Assembly: GCA_963769025.1 (NCBI GenBank)
Contig: CAVYKI010000003.1
Location: forward strand, 448,001-512,000
Reading direction: 5' to 3'
DNA length: 64,000 nt
Source of the DNA: an uncultured Verrucomicrobiae bacterium
Lineage (GTDB): Bacteria > Verrucomicrobiota > Verrucomicrobiia > Chthoniobacterales > Chthoniobacteraceae
This document shows positions 21,486 to 31,800 of this stretch, in pieces; the stretch's first letter is position 1, and every line of letters begins with the position of its first letter. Both the position numbers and the translations under genes were made by a program. The notes below the pieces were generated by a model. It did not search any database. It was not told where the DNA came from and worked only from the letters and a program-made list of their open reading frames with translations.

Positions 21486-22388
21486 ATGCCGCAACCACTG
21501 GACAGCAGACAGCTTCGCGCCTTCTCGATCCTCGCCCGGACGGGCAGTTTCACGGAGGCCGCCCGTGAGCTTCATCTCTCGCAATCCGCGGTGAGTCACT
21601 CGATGAAGGCGCTCGAACGGGAAGTGGGCTGTCGCCTTTTGGACAAGATGGGCAAAAAGGCGGTGCTCACGCAGGCGGGCGAGCAGCTCCTCGCACGTGC
21701 GACCCGCGTGCTCGCCGAGATGTCCGAGGCGCGCGCGGAACTTGGCCGCCTCGGCAAGTGGGGCCAGAGCCGGCTGCGGCTCGGCGCGAGCACGACGGCG
21801 TGCCAGCACGTGCTCCCTGGTGTGCTGCGGGAATTCAAGAACAGCTTCCCGAAGTGCGCGATCTCCATCGAACCCGGCGACACGCCGGAGATGATCGAGG
21901 CGCTGCGCGCGCACAAGATTGACCTCGCGGTGAACCTTGAACCGAAGCGCGGCGAGCCGCTGGACTTCCGCCCGCTGTTCACGGATGAGTTGCAATTCAT
22001 CGTGAGCCCGCAGCACCCGTGGGCGCTCGCGGGCCGCGTCGATCGGAGTGAAATCGCGCGGCAGAGCTACATCCTCTACAAACGCAAGAGCTACACCTCG
22101 GCGATGATCGAGGAATACTTCCGCGACGACGACATCGTGCTCTTCAGCCAGCTCGACCTCGGAAACATGGAGGCCATCAAGGAACTCGTGAAGCTGGGAC
22201 TCGGCATCAGCATCTTGGCGCCATGGACGGCGCGCGATGAACTGAAGGCCGGAAAGCTCGTCGCCCTCCCGCTCGGAAAACGGAAGCTAAAGCGCCGTTG
22301 GGGCATCCTGCACTGGCAGGCGCGCCGGATGAGCATGGTCGAGGAGACCTTCATCGGCCTCTGCAAGGCAGCGACGGAGAACTGGTGA
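21486..22388 (+). CDS. LysR-family transcriptional regulator
   Basis: LDSRQLRAF..GSFTEAARELHLSQSAVSHSMKALE HTH; NMEAIKELVKLGLGISIL. Confidence 0.95.
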   Translation: MPQPLDSRQLRAFSILARTGSFTEAARELHLSQSAVSHSMKALEREVGCRLLDKMGKKAVLTQAGEQLLARATRVLAEMSEARAELGRLGKWGQSRLRLGASTTACQHVLPGVLREFKNSFPKCAISIEPGDTPEMIEALRAHKIDLAVNLEPKRGEPLDFRPLFTDELQFIVSPQHPWALAGRVDRSEIARQSYILYKRKSYTSAMIEEYFRDDDIVLFSQLDLGNMEAIKELVKLGLGISILAPWTARDELKAGKLVALPLGKRKLKRRWGILHWQARRMSMVEETFIGLCKAATENW

Positions 22389-22470
22389 GCGCCGGAGCTG
22401 CGTGATGCGCAGGATCGGGCCGCTCGTTTTGAAAAGTCCCCGGTCTCCGGAAGTCGCTTCCCCTGCCCCG

Positions 22471-23923
22471 CTAGGGTTTCAACTTCGCGAAAATCTCATC
22501 CAGCGCGGCCTTCCACTTTGCGTAGCCGGCCGCGTTGGGATGGAGCATGTCGGGGAATTCAGCCTTTTTGCAGCTCCCGGTGCCGTCGTCGAAAATGCTC
22601 CACGTGTCGCAGATGATGACGCGGCCCTGCTTGGTCGCGAAATCCTGCAGCAGCGCGTTCAACTGCTGGATCTTCTCGGGGAAACGCCCCGGCTGCGGGC
22701 CTCGCGGCATCACAAGATTCAGCACGATGCGGACATTCCGGTTCTGCTTTTCCAGCTCGGCGACGATCGCGCGGATATTGTCGATGACCTGCTCGGGCGT
22801 GCCGCCCAGCCCTGAGATCGTTCGTGCCGATGAGCAGGACGACTGCGCGCGGGTGCAGGTCGAGCACGTCCTCCTTCAGCCGGTAGCGCAAGCCGCGCGA
22901 GGTGTCGCCGCTGATGCCGCGATTGATTGCGATCACGTCCGGAAAGTCCTTTGCGAGCGTCGCCCATCCCTGCGTGATGCTGTCGCCAAAGAACACCACG
23001 GGGCGCTGATCCTTCACCTTGTTCCGCGCAAATTCCACGCGGCGCACCATCCACAGCTTTTGAAACCAGGGCGCGAGCTGCAGCGGCCCGGTCCCTGGAA
23101 ACACATTCGCCGGCGGCATCGCGAGCGCGGTGTATTGGCTGACTGCGAGCCCCATTTTCTGCGGCGGCTGGCCGCGCTGCTGGGCGAAGAGCCAGGGCAG
23201 AAGATTCGGTTCCGAGTACGCGAAGGTCCACGAATCGTGCGCGACCCCGGGATACTCGGTGAGCGCCGCTTTCACGCCGGTCGCGCGCAGTCCGGCGATC
23301 ATGTCCTGAGAGCGCACGGGCAGGACCACTTTGTCTTCCAGCCCGTGAAACGCCCACACGGGCACGTCCTTCGCGGCAGCCGCCTTCAGCTTATCGCCGC
23401 CGCCACAGACGGGAACCGCCGCGGCGAATTTCTCCGGGTGGCGCGTGATAAGATCCCACGTGCCGTAGCCGCCCATCGAGAGGCCGGTGATGTAAATGCG
23501 GTCGGGATCGATGCTGAACTCCCGCGCGAGCGCATCCATCGCACCGAGCAAAAGCGCCTGCACCGGGCCTGGATCTTCGGGCGCGGTGCCGGTGGCGCCG
23601 CTCCAATCCATCTCGACCCACTTCTTTTCCTTCGGGCACTGCGGCGCGAAGACGAAGCAGGGGAATTTCTCCCGTGCCTCCGGTTTCGCGAATGCCGGTG
23701 CACCGTGCTTGAGTTGCACGGCGTTATCATTTCCGCGTTCGCCGGCGCCGTGGAGGAATACCACGAGCGGATATTTTTTCCCGGGCTCGATGTTCGCCGG
23801 CTGGAGCAACCGGTAGGGCAGCTTCGCACCGTTGGCACCGGAAAATTCGCGCGCCTCGAAATCATCGCCGTGCGCCGCAAAGGCGAAACTGAACAGGCTG
23901 AGGAAAAGGAGCCGAAGTTTCAT
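22471..23923 (-). CDS. Secreted alpha/beta-hydrolase esterase fused to SGNH/GDSL hydrolase (indel ~22812)
   Basis: FLHGAGERG, GLSMGG, FHG..D, H; then GDSIT, NRGISGD, IGTND, DMLHPN. Confidence 0.85.
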
Positions 23924-24101
23924 GGCTGCGAGTCTTGCGGCTGGAATCGCCGATAATCAAGCGCGCGCTTCCGGCTTCGCGGGTCACCGGCGCGATGAAC
24001 GCCCCAGCCGCGCCGGGCATGCCCGCCCGCCTGCTCGACAACGACGCCCCATCGCCTACGACTGAGCGTCGCTCCATCACCCCTCCTTTCTCCGCCGACT
24101 C

Positions 24102-25355
24102 ATGAAAACCATCGCCGCGCTCGCCTGCGCATTCGCACTCACCGCATTCGCACGCGCCGAACTGCGCATCCCCGCATCCACGGCGTACGGCGAACCGTGG
24201 GAGCGCGGGGCGAAGATCGGCAAGGACGGCATCTCCGGATGGAACGACTCGGCGCAGAAAATCCTGTGGTTCGGAGAAATCAAAGCGGCCGGGAAGCTGG
24301 ATGCCTCGTTCGTCGTGCGGCTCCCCGCGGGCGCGAAGTCCAGACTGCGTCTCACCATCGAAGGACAGACGCACGATGCCGAGATCACCGGTGCCGCTGC
24401 GCCCGCGACGGCTTCCTTCGGCAGCTTCACGATCGCAAAGCCGGGCTACGTGCGCTTTGAACTTTCCTCCGCAAATCCCGCTGGCAAACCAAACGGCAAC
24501 ATCGAGGCCCTCGTGCTCGACGGACCTGCGGCGGCGGATGCGCACTTTAACACCGACCCACGCCGCAACGCCGCCTCCGTCCACCTTTTTCACCCGACGC
24601 CAAAGGACGCCGCGATCGAGTGGTTTTACAACGAAGTCACCGGCGTTGAGGAACCGGTGGCGACCTTCTACATGGCGTGCGGATTCGCCCGCGGCTACTT
24701 CGGCATGCAGGTGAACTCGGCCACCGAGCGGCGCATCATCTTCTCCGTGTGGGACGCCGCGAGCGGCCAGACGGCGATCGATCGCACCACGGTCGCGGAG
24801 GAAAATCACACGCAGCTTCTCGGCAAAGGGCCGGGCGTCGTCGCGAGCGTCTTCGGCAACGAAGGCACCGGCGGCCACTCGCACCTCGTCTATCCATGGA
24901 AGACCGGCGAGGCGCAGAAATTCCTCCTTGGCGCGAAGGCCGACGGCGCGAACACGATCTACTCCGGCTGGTGGTTCCATCCCGGCGAGAAGAAGTGGAT
25001 GCTCATCGCCAGCTTCCGCGCACCGAAGGATGGCAAGCTCCTGCGCGGGCTGCATTCCTTCAGCGAAAATTTCAACGGCGCCAACGGGCACCTCCGGCGC
25101 AAGGCGCTCTACGGCCCGCAGTGGATCCGCACCGCCGACGGCAAATGGAGCGAACTCACCGAGGCCAGTTTCAGCCACGACGGCACCGGCAAGGCCGCGC
25201 GGCTCGACCGCTTCATGGGCGTGGAAGGCGGGCGCTTTTTCCTGTCCCATGGCGGCTTCGTTCCCGGCTTCACAAAATACGGCGAGAAGTTCATGCGTCC
25301 GGCCTCGAAGGCTCCGCCTGCCATCAACTTTGCCGAACTCCCCACGGTGAAGTAG
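24102..25355 (+). CDS. Secreted DUF5077/DUF3472-like protein
   Basis: Signal peptide; ASVHL, WFYNEV, GYFGMQVNS..ERRIIFSVW, FGNEGTGGHS, HSFSENF. Confidence 0.75.
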   Translation: MKTIAALACAFALTAFARAELRIPASTAYGEPWERGAKIGKDGISGWNDSAQKILWFGEIKAAGKLDASFVVRLPAGAKSRLRLTIEGQTHDAEITGAAAPATASFGSFTIAKPGYVRFELSSANPAGKPNGNIEALVLDGPAAADAHFNTDPRRNAASVHLFHPTPKDAAIEWFYNEVTGVEEPVATFYMACGFARGYFGMQVNSATERRIIFSVWDAASGQTAIDRTTVAEENHTQLLGKGPGVVASVFGNEGTGGHSHLVYPWKTGEAQKFLLGAKADGANTIYSGWWFHPGEKKWMLIASFRAPKDGKLLRGLHSFSENFNGANGHLRRKALYGPQWIRTADGKWSELTEASFSHDGTGKAARLDRFMGVEGGRFFLSHGGFVPGFTKYGEKFMRPASKAPPAINFAELPTVK

Positions 25356-25398
25356 CCGCAGCTTGACCCGACCGCCACCGACCGTCCACGAACTCCCC

Positions 25399-26685
25399 AT
25401 GCGCCACGAACCGCTCGACCCCAAGCTCTTCACCGAAAACCGCGCCCGGCTCGCGAAGCTGCTGCCGCCGAAATCCGTCGCGGTGCTGAATGCGAACGAC
25501 ATCCTGCCGACGAACGCCGACGGCTCGCTGCTCATGCGCGCGAACAGCGATCTCTTCTACCTCACCGGCGTCGAGCAGGAGGAGACGCTGCTCGTCATTT
25601 TCCCCGACGCGGATGACGAGAAGCTCCGCGAGGTGCTCTTTGTCCGCGAGCCGAACGAACAGAACGAACTCTGGGAAGGCCACAAGCTGACCAAGGACGA
25701 GGCGCAGAAGCTCACGGGCATCAAAGCCGTGAAGTGGACGCAGGATTTCTGGCCGATCTTCCGGCGGCTCGCGTGCGAGGCGGAGCACATTTTCCTGAAC
25801 ACGAACGAGCACAAGCGCGCCACCGCGGAGGTCGAGACGCGCGACGACCGCTTTGTGCGCGAGGTGCGGCAGCGCTTCCCGCTGCACGACCTGCGGCGGC
25901 TCGCGCCGCTCATGCACCAGCTCCGGCTCGTGAAAAGCGAGAGCGAGATCGAGGTCATCGCGCATGCGTGCAAGCTCACGGAAAAGGCATTCCGCCGCGT
26001 GCTGCGTTTCACAAAGCCCGGCGTGAGCGAGACGGATGTCGAGGCGGAGTTCGCGCATGAATTCATCCGCGGGCGCGGGCGTTTCGCATACGAGCCGATT
26101 GTCGCAGGCGGGAAGAATGCGTGCTGCCTGCACTACCAGGAAAACTCGTCCGAGCTGAAGAAAGGCCAGCTCCTGCTGCTCGATGTCGGCGCTTCCTATG
26201 CGAACTACAACTCCGACATGACGCGCACGATTCCCGTGAGCGGCAAATTTTCACGCCGCCAGCGGCAGATCTACGGTGCCGTCCTGCGCGTCCTGCGCGC
26301 GAGCACGAGCGCGCTGCGTCCGGGCATCCTGCCGAAGGCCTGGCAGAAACAGGCCGAGGCGCACATGACCGAGGAACTGCTGAAGCTCGGCCTGCTCAAG
26401 CCGCGCGACATAAAGAAGCAGGATCCGGATTGGCCCGCGGTGAAGAAGTATTTCATGCACGGCCTCGGCCATCCCATCGGGCTCGATGTCCACGATGTCG
26501 GCGACACGACGAAACCCGTGCAGACCGGCTGGGTGATGACCGTCGAGCCGGGAATCTACATTCCCGAGGAAAAGCTCGCCGTGCGCCTCGAAAACACCGT
26601 CGTGGTCAGCGACACCGAGCCCGTGAACCTCATGGCCGGCATTCCCATCGAAGCCGATGAGATCGAGGAATTGATGGCAAAGTAA
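25399..26685 (+). CDS. pepP: Xaa-Pro aminopeptidase (M24B)
   Basis: NSDLFYLTG, CLHY, LLDVGA..YNSDMTRT, HGLGHPIGLDVHD, TVEPGIY, VRLE. Confidence 0.9.
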   Translation: MRHEPLDPKLFTENRARLAKLLPPKSVAVLNANDILPTNADGSLLMRANSDLFYLTGVEQEETLLVIFPDADDEKLREVLFVREPNEQNELWEGHKLTKDEAQKLTGIKAVKWTQDFWPIFRRLACEAEHIFLNTNEHKRATAEVETRDDRFVREVRQRFPLHDLRRLAPLMHQLRLVKSESEIEVIAHACKLTEKAFRRVLRFTKPGVSETDVEAEFAHEFIRGRGRFAYEPIVAGGKNACCLHYQENSSELKKGQLLLLDVGASYANYNSDMTRTIPVSGKFSRRQRQIYGAVLRVLRASTSALRPGILPKAWQKQAEAHMTEELLKLGLLKPRDIKKQDPDWPAVKKYFMHGLGHPIGLDVHDVGDTTKPVQTGWVMTVEPGIYIPEEKLAVRLENTVVVSDTEPVNLMAGIPIEADEIEELMAK

Positions 26686-26709
26686 GCGCGCGGCGGCGGC
26701 GGCAGAGGC

Positions 26710-27441
26710 TCACTTCGGCGGCGCAGGCTTCGCAGGCGGAGGCGTCCTGTTGCCAGCCACCCCGGCCCACACTTCGTCCGGCGTCTGGCCGACGACTTCC
26801 CTGAACGCCTCCTCCGTCAGTTTGCCCGCGTGCCCGCGGCGGTTCAGCTCCGCGACGATCGCCTTCGGTTTTCCGGCCTGCGCGGATGCCAACAGCGCCG
26901 CCGCCGGGTTGTAGCCAGCCCTGTAGCTCTGGCCCGGCCGCGCGCGGAACGCCGCGCCCTTCGCCGGCTCGTAGTGGTAATAGCGCACGTAATCCGCGAT
27001 GCCCTCGACCAGCCAGCCCGGCGAACCCGGCGGGTAGGCCTGGATGACATGCACCATCTCGTGGAGAATCGCGCCCACGTCGTCGGGATGCTTCGCAAAA
27101 AATCGCGTGCTCGCCTCGATCGTCGCACCTGTCGTCCGCGCGACGCCGTCATAGTCACGGAAGCGCAGCGTGATTTCCTCCGCCGTCGCGTAATCCACGC
27201 CGAGGATCTGGCGCACCCGCGGATACCAGTCCTTCATCATCTTCTCCGCCGCTTCCGCAAAGCCCGGCGGCGCCAGCTCCGCGCCCTCGATCTTTACCTT
27301 CAGCGTCGGAGCCCCCGGCAGTTTACCGACTGTCCCATCCTTCACCTGCACCGGCACCGCGTCGTCGCAAAACGACGCGGGCGCGGAGTGACCGGTGCTT
27401 GCGATGAAAACGGATGCAAGAATGAGGACTGCCGTTTTCAT
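26710..27441 (-). CDS. Secreted BSP (basic secretory protein)-family zinc metallopeptidase
   Basis: Signal peptide; HEMVHVIQ..PGWLVEGIADYVR. Confidence 0.8.
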   Translation of the reverse strand: MKTAVLILASVFIASTGHSAPASFCDDAVPVQVKDGTVGKLPGAPTLKVKIEGAELAPPGFAEAAEKMMKDWYPRVRQILGVDYATAEEITLRFRDYDGVARTTGATIEASTRFFAKHPDDVGAILHEMVHVIQAYPPGSPGWLVEGIADYVRYYHYEPAKGAAFRARPGQSYRAGYNPAAALLASAQAGKPKAIVAELNRRGHAGKLTEEAFREVVGQTPDEVWAGVAGNRTPPPAKPAPPK

Positions 27442-27519
27442 CGGGAATGGTCTGATATGCTGGTAAACGAATCGCCGGGGACGCACCGCGACGCGGACAG
27501 GATTGTCCGCATTACGGCG

Positions 27520-28602
27520 CTACTTTTTCTCCTTCGCGTAATCCGCGAATGCCTCGGCGATCTTCGCGCTCTTTTCGTCGCCGGTGTGGAAAAGGAAACG
27601 GTGGCGCAGCTTCAGGCGTTCGCCGGGTTTCAGCACGGTCGTGCCGTCGGGCAGCGACTTGTCGTAGTCGCGCTGGGCAAACGGATTTGCGGTGAAGAGC
27701 CCGTAGGTGCGGACATGCCAGCGCGTGGGATGGCGGTAGCTGGAGGGGTGATTGAGCATCGCGACCCCGAGCTGCTCGCCGTCCACGGGGCCCTGGTAGT
27801 CGCACCACTCGGCGGACTTGCCCCACGCGTCCTTGTCCGTGTGCCCGGCGCTGTTGACGATTTTGCCGCCCTGCTTGCTGTCCACGGCCATGCTCGCGGG
27901 GACGCGGATGGAAAGGCCGGCGTCCTTCCGGTCTTCGAGCCTCGCCTCGCCGTCGCTCGCGATGAAGTCCTGGTCGAAATCAATCGCGCGCATGTCGCCG
28001 ATGACGCGGAACGTGAGGCGGCGCTCCTCGGTGAGGAAGCGTTTGCCCGACGGGTCGAGATGGTCGCAGACGGAGGCGACAACGGCCTTGTCACCGTCGG
28101 CCTTCAGCTCGGTGAATTCCCGGTGCGCGATGCGCGCGACCATTCCGATGCGCTGCTTTCCGCGAAGCTCGCTTTTCGGATTCCGCATCTGCTCCTCGAA
28201 CGTCATCCGCTCGTGCCACGTGTCCCCGCCGCCGGTGACCTTTTCCTCGCCCGTGATGCCGTCCCATTTCTCCGGGAATCTCCACGCGCTGCCGCCGGAA
28301 CTTTCGTGCCCGAAAAGAATGCCGCGATGATGCGGGTGGTCGCGCTGCGCCTTCGTCTCGGCCGGGACTTCCTCCATCGGGTACGCGCGCGTCATCGCCT
28401 TTCCCGTCGGGCCGTACACCGGCCAGAGATACGGCTTGTTCGCCTGGTCCACGACGTAGCTGGCGAAGGGCTTCCCGTTGACCTTCACGGTCACGCCGCC
28501 GGCCTTGTCCTTGTCGATGGTGAAAGTGTTCTCCGCGGCTTGCAGGGAGAAACACGTGAGGGCGAGCAGGGCGGAGGCGAAGGAGGCGAGTGGGGTTTTC
28601 AT
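27520..28602 (-). CDS. Secreted DUF6807 ('PmoA'-like) family protein
   Basis: KPYLWPV, TRAYP, DHPHHRG, HPSSYRHPTRWHVRTYGLFTANPF. Confidence 0.75.
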   Translation of the reverse strand: MKTPLASFASALLALTCFSLQAAENTFTIDKDKAGGVTVKVNGKPFASYVVDQANKPYLWPVYGPTGKAMTRAYPMEEVPAETKAQRDHPHHRGILFGHESSGGSAWRFPEKWDGITGEEKVTGGGDTWHERMTFEEQMRNPKSELRGKQRIGMVARIAHREFTELKADGDKAVVASVCDHLDPSGKRFLTEERRLTFRVIGDMRAIDFDQDFIASDGEARLEDRKDAGLSIRVPASMAVDSKQGGKIVNSAGHTDKDAWGKSAEWCDYQGPVDGEQLGVAMLNHPSSYRHPTRWHVRTYGLFTANPFAQRDYDKSLPDGTTVLKPGERLKLRHRFLFHTGDEKSAKIAEAFADYAKEKK

Positions 28603-28820
28603 GAGGAGCGCGCCCATCGTCTCCATTGTTCCGCCCGAGATCAACCAAATGGGCAGCGCGCGCGCCGGAGCCGGAGCCGCACGGGCTTCACTTACTTTGC
28701 CGCTCGTCTCCGGACGGAAAATGGACTTCGCTGGATTCGCTGCGGGACGGTTCGTGGGAGGCCACGGGCCGGTGCCCGCCACAGCGACTCATCCATCTCC
28801 GCGACGCAGACCCCATTCCC

Positions 28821-31800
28821 ATGCCACTCACCCCGCTCCGCCGTTCCATCTTCATCATCCTCGCGTTTTGGGTGACCACTTTCGCGAATGCCCAGGGCAT
28901 CCAGAGCGGTGTGCCGGTGAGCTATCAGCTCCCCACCACCGGGCCGCTGCCGCAGACGTATCGCGTCACGCTGGCCATCGTGGATGAAAGGAAACCGGAC
29001 TGGATCATCAGCCAGTTTGCGGCGGGCGTGGTGCGGACGGTGACGGCGGAGAATGGCGGGAAATTTTCCGAGATTTGGAACGGGCTGGATGACAACTTCA
29101 TGCCGGTGCCGCCGGGCACGTATGGGCTGAAGGGCATCTACATGCCCGCAGCGAAATGGGCGGTGGATGGCGAGCACCATTCCATCACGCCGCGATACGT
29201 CACGAGCGCCGACGCGTGGCGGCCGCTGCCGGCAGAGTCGAAGCTGCCGATTCTATCCGGCGACCCGGTGAACAGCCCGATCGGCGATGTCGATGTGGCG
29301 CCGAACGGGATGGCCGTCTTCTGCTACCAGTACCTCGAAAATTCGCGGAACTTTTACACCGCCGATTTTCGCAAGCCGATCGGCTATGACCAGGCGACGC
29401 CCGGCTACAACTCCGGCGGCGCGGCCGGCGGGCGGGCCGTGGCGACCGACGGCATCACTTCGTGGTGCGCGGAGAACGAGGGCTTCGTCTTCCGCACGGA
29501 CATGAAGAAATTTGGCAACGAGAACGGCCGCTTCCGCAAGGGCGTGCATGAGCTGGAGGGAAAGGTGACCGCGATGGCGGCGTGGCGCGACGAGGCGGCG
29601 GGCAGGTCGTTTGTCTATCTCGCGGAGCGCGGACGGCTGATGCGCGACACGAAGCGCTGGTATTCGCCCGAGGAGAGCACGACGGAGATGGTGAACAAAA
29701 TCATCGTGCTCGATGGCGACACTGCACAGCGCCTCGGCGAGGTGCCGGTGAAGGAACCGCTGGGTGTCGTCGCGCGCTGGGGGGATCGGCTGTGGGTGCT
29801 GCACAAGGACGGCGATGGCTTCGCGGTGAGCGCCGCGGCGATGAAGGCCGGCGTGCCGGAACCGGCGCTGAAGCGCGTGCTGCGCGTGCCCGCGGGGATC
29901 GTGCCTGGCGACCTGGAGGTGGACAACCGCGGGCGCATCTACGTGGCCGATGCGAATGCTAACAAGGTGCATCAATTTTCCGCGGCCGGGAAGCCGCTGC
30001 GGACCTTCGGCAAGCTCGCGACGCAGCGCCCGGGGAGCTATGACCCGGAGAGTTTCATGTCGCCGGAGAAGCTCTCGTGCTGGCGCGACTCCGAAGGGCG
30101 CGACCGGCTCGTGGTCATCGAGAGGCACGGCCCCGACCGCGTGAGCGAATGGGATGCCGAAAGCGGAAAACTGCTGCGCGAGTGGCTCAGCGCGCAGACG
30201 TATGCGAACGCCGGCTACGCGGTGGATCCGCGCCAGCCCGGGCAGCTTTACATCCAGGGCCACGGCGGCTGGCTGATGCGTTTCCGCGTGGATTACCAGA
30301 CGGGTGCGTGGCACACCGACGCCGTATGGCCGGATGTCTGCACGGGGCGTTTTGCGCACCATCACTTTGGTTTTCCCCGCATGTTTTACCGTGGCGACAC
30401 CCGCTACCTCGCGTGGTCGCGCGGCGATTTCATCTACCGCGAAGCCGGTGATCGCTGGCTGCCTTCCGCCGCGATTTTGAACGAAGGCCAGGGCAAGGAT
30501 CGGAAGCAATTCGTCTGGCACGATGCGAATGGCGACGGCCAGGTGCAGGAGAGCGAATACCAATCCCGCCCGATGACGCAGCCGGTCGGCAACCGCCGTT
30601 ATTGGGGCGACTCGTGGATGGACGATCTGTCGCTCGTGGCCATCGAGCAGGGCGCCGCGGATGTCTGGCGGCTCGCGCCGGAATCGTTCGATGCGCACGG
30701 CAATCCGATCTACCCGGCGGACGGCTGGAAGAAGCTGCTCACCGATCCCGTGCTCTCGGCGCGCAAGCTCGGCACGGCGACCGCGACTTTTGGTGGGAAT
30801 GAAATCGGGGATCACTTTTCCTCCGCCTGGGCGATGGTCGCGGGCTCGATGACGGACGGCTTTTACGTCAACGCCCGCGGTCCGGACCTCGGGGCAAACT
30901 TCGGCGCGCAGCAGAAACTCTCGCGCTATGTGCCGGACGGCAAAGGCGGCTTCGGGCTGAAGTGGCGGGTCGGGCGCGTGGCCATCCACGGCACTGCGGA
31001 CGAGGGGGAAGTGTACGGCTCGATCAACGTCATGCCGCCCATCGGGGGGCTCATCACTCAGGTGGATCAGTCGCGCATGGGCCTCGTGCTTTACACGGAG
31101 GACGGGCTCTACGTGGAAACGCTGTTCCCCGACCAGCGCAAGGGCGGCAAGACCGCCGGCCCTTACAATCTCGGCGGCGAATTTTTCACCGGCTATTCCT
31201 TCGCAAACCCGGCCGACGGCAAAGTGTATTTCGCGCTCGGAAAAACCACGCCGATGATATTCGAGGCCGAAGGCTGGACGGTGAATGGCAACCCGGTGCG
31301 CCGGCTCGAGACGCTGCCGAAGACCGTGAGCATCTCCGCCTCGCAGATCGCGCCTGCGCCGGAATTCGCGCTGGCCGTGCGCAAGCAGCGCGGCGGCGGG
31401 ACGGTCGCGCGGGTGGCGCTCTTCGCGCCGATGCCGGGCGGCGGGCCTGCGCTCGACGGCTCGATGAGCGGCTGGGAAGGCTGCGAGCCGGTCACCTTTT
31501 CCGCCAATGCGAAGCAGACCGTGGAAGTGCGCTGCGGCTTCGACCCGGAGTATCTCTACCTGCGCTGGCAGGTGCGGCTGGGCCGCAAATTCGAGCCGAA
31601 GCCGCTCGACCCGGCAGACCGCATCTTCACGCACGATCGAGAGGCGGACACGCTGAGCTTTTTCATCCAGGGCGACCCCGACGCCAAGCCCGCCAAGGAC
31701 GCGAACGGCAGGCCCGGCGATGCGCGGTTTGTCTTCGGGCTGTTCCAGGACAAGGATCAGATCCGGCCCGTGGCGCTGGCGATGCTGCCGCACGATTCCG

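Noticed and set aside
27520..28602. Particulate methane monooxygenase pmoA
   Set aside because: Soluble secreted protein, not polytopic; no pmoC/pmoB; the family name is misleading.
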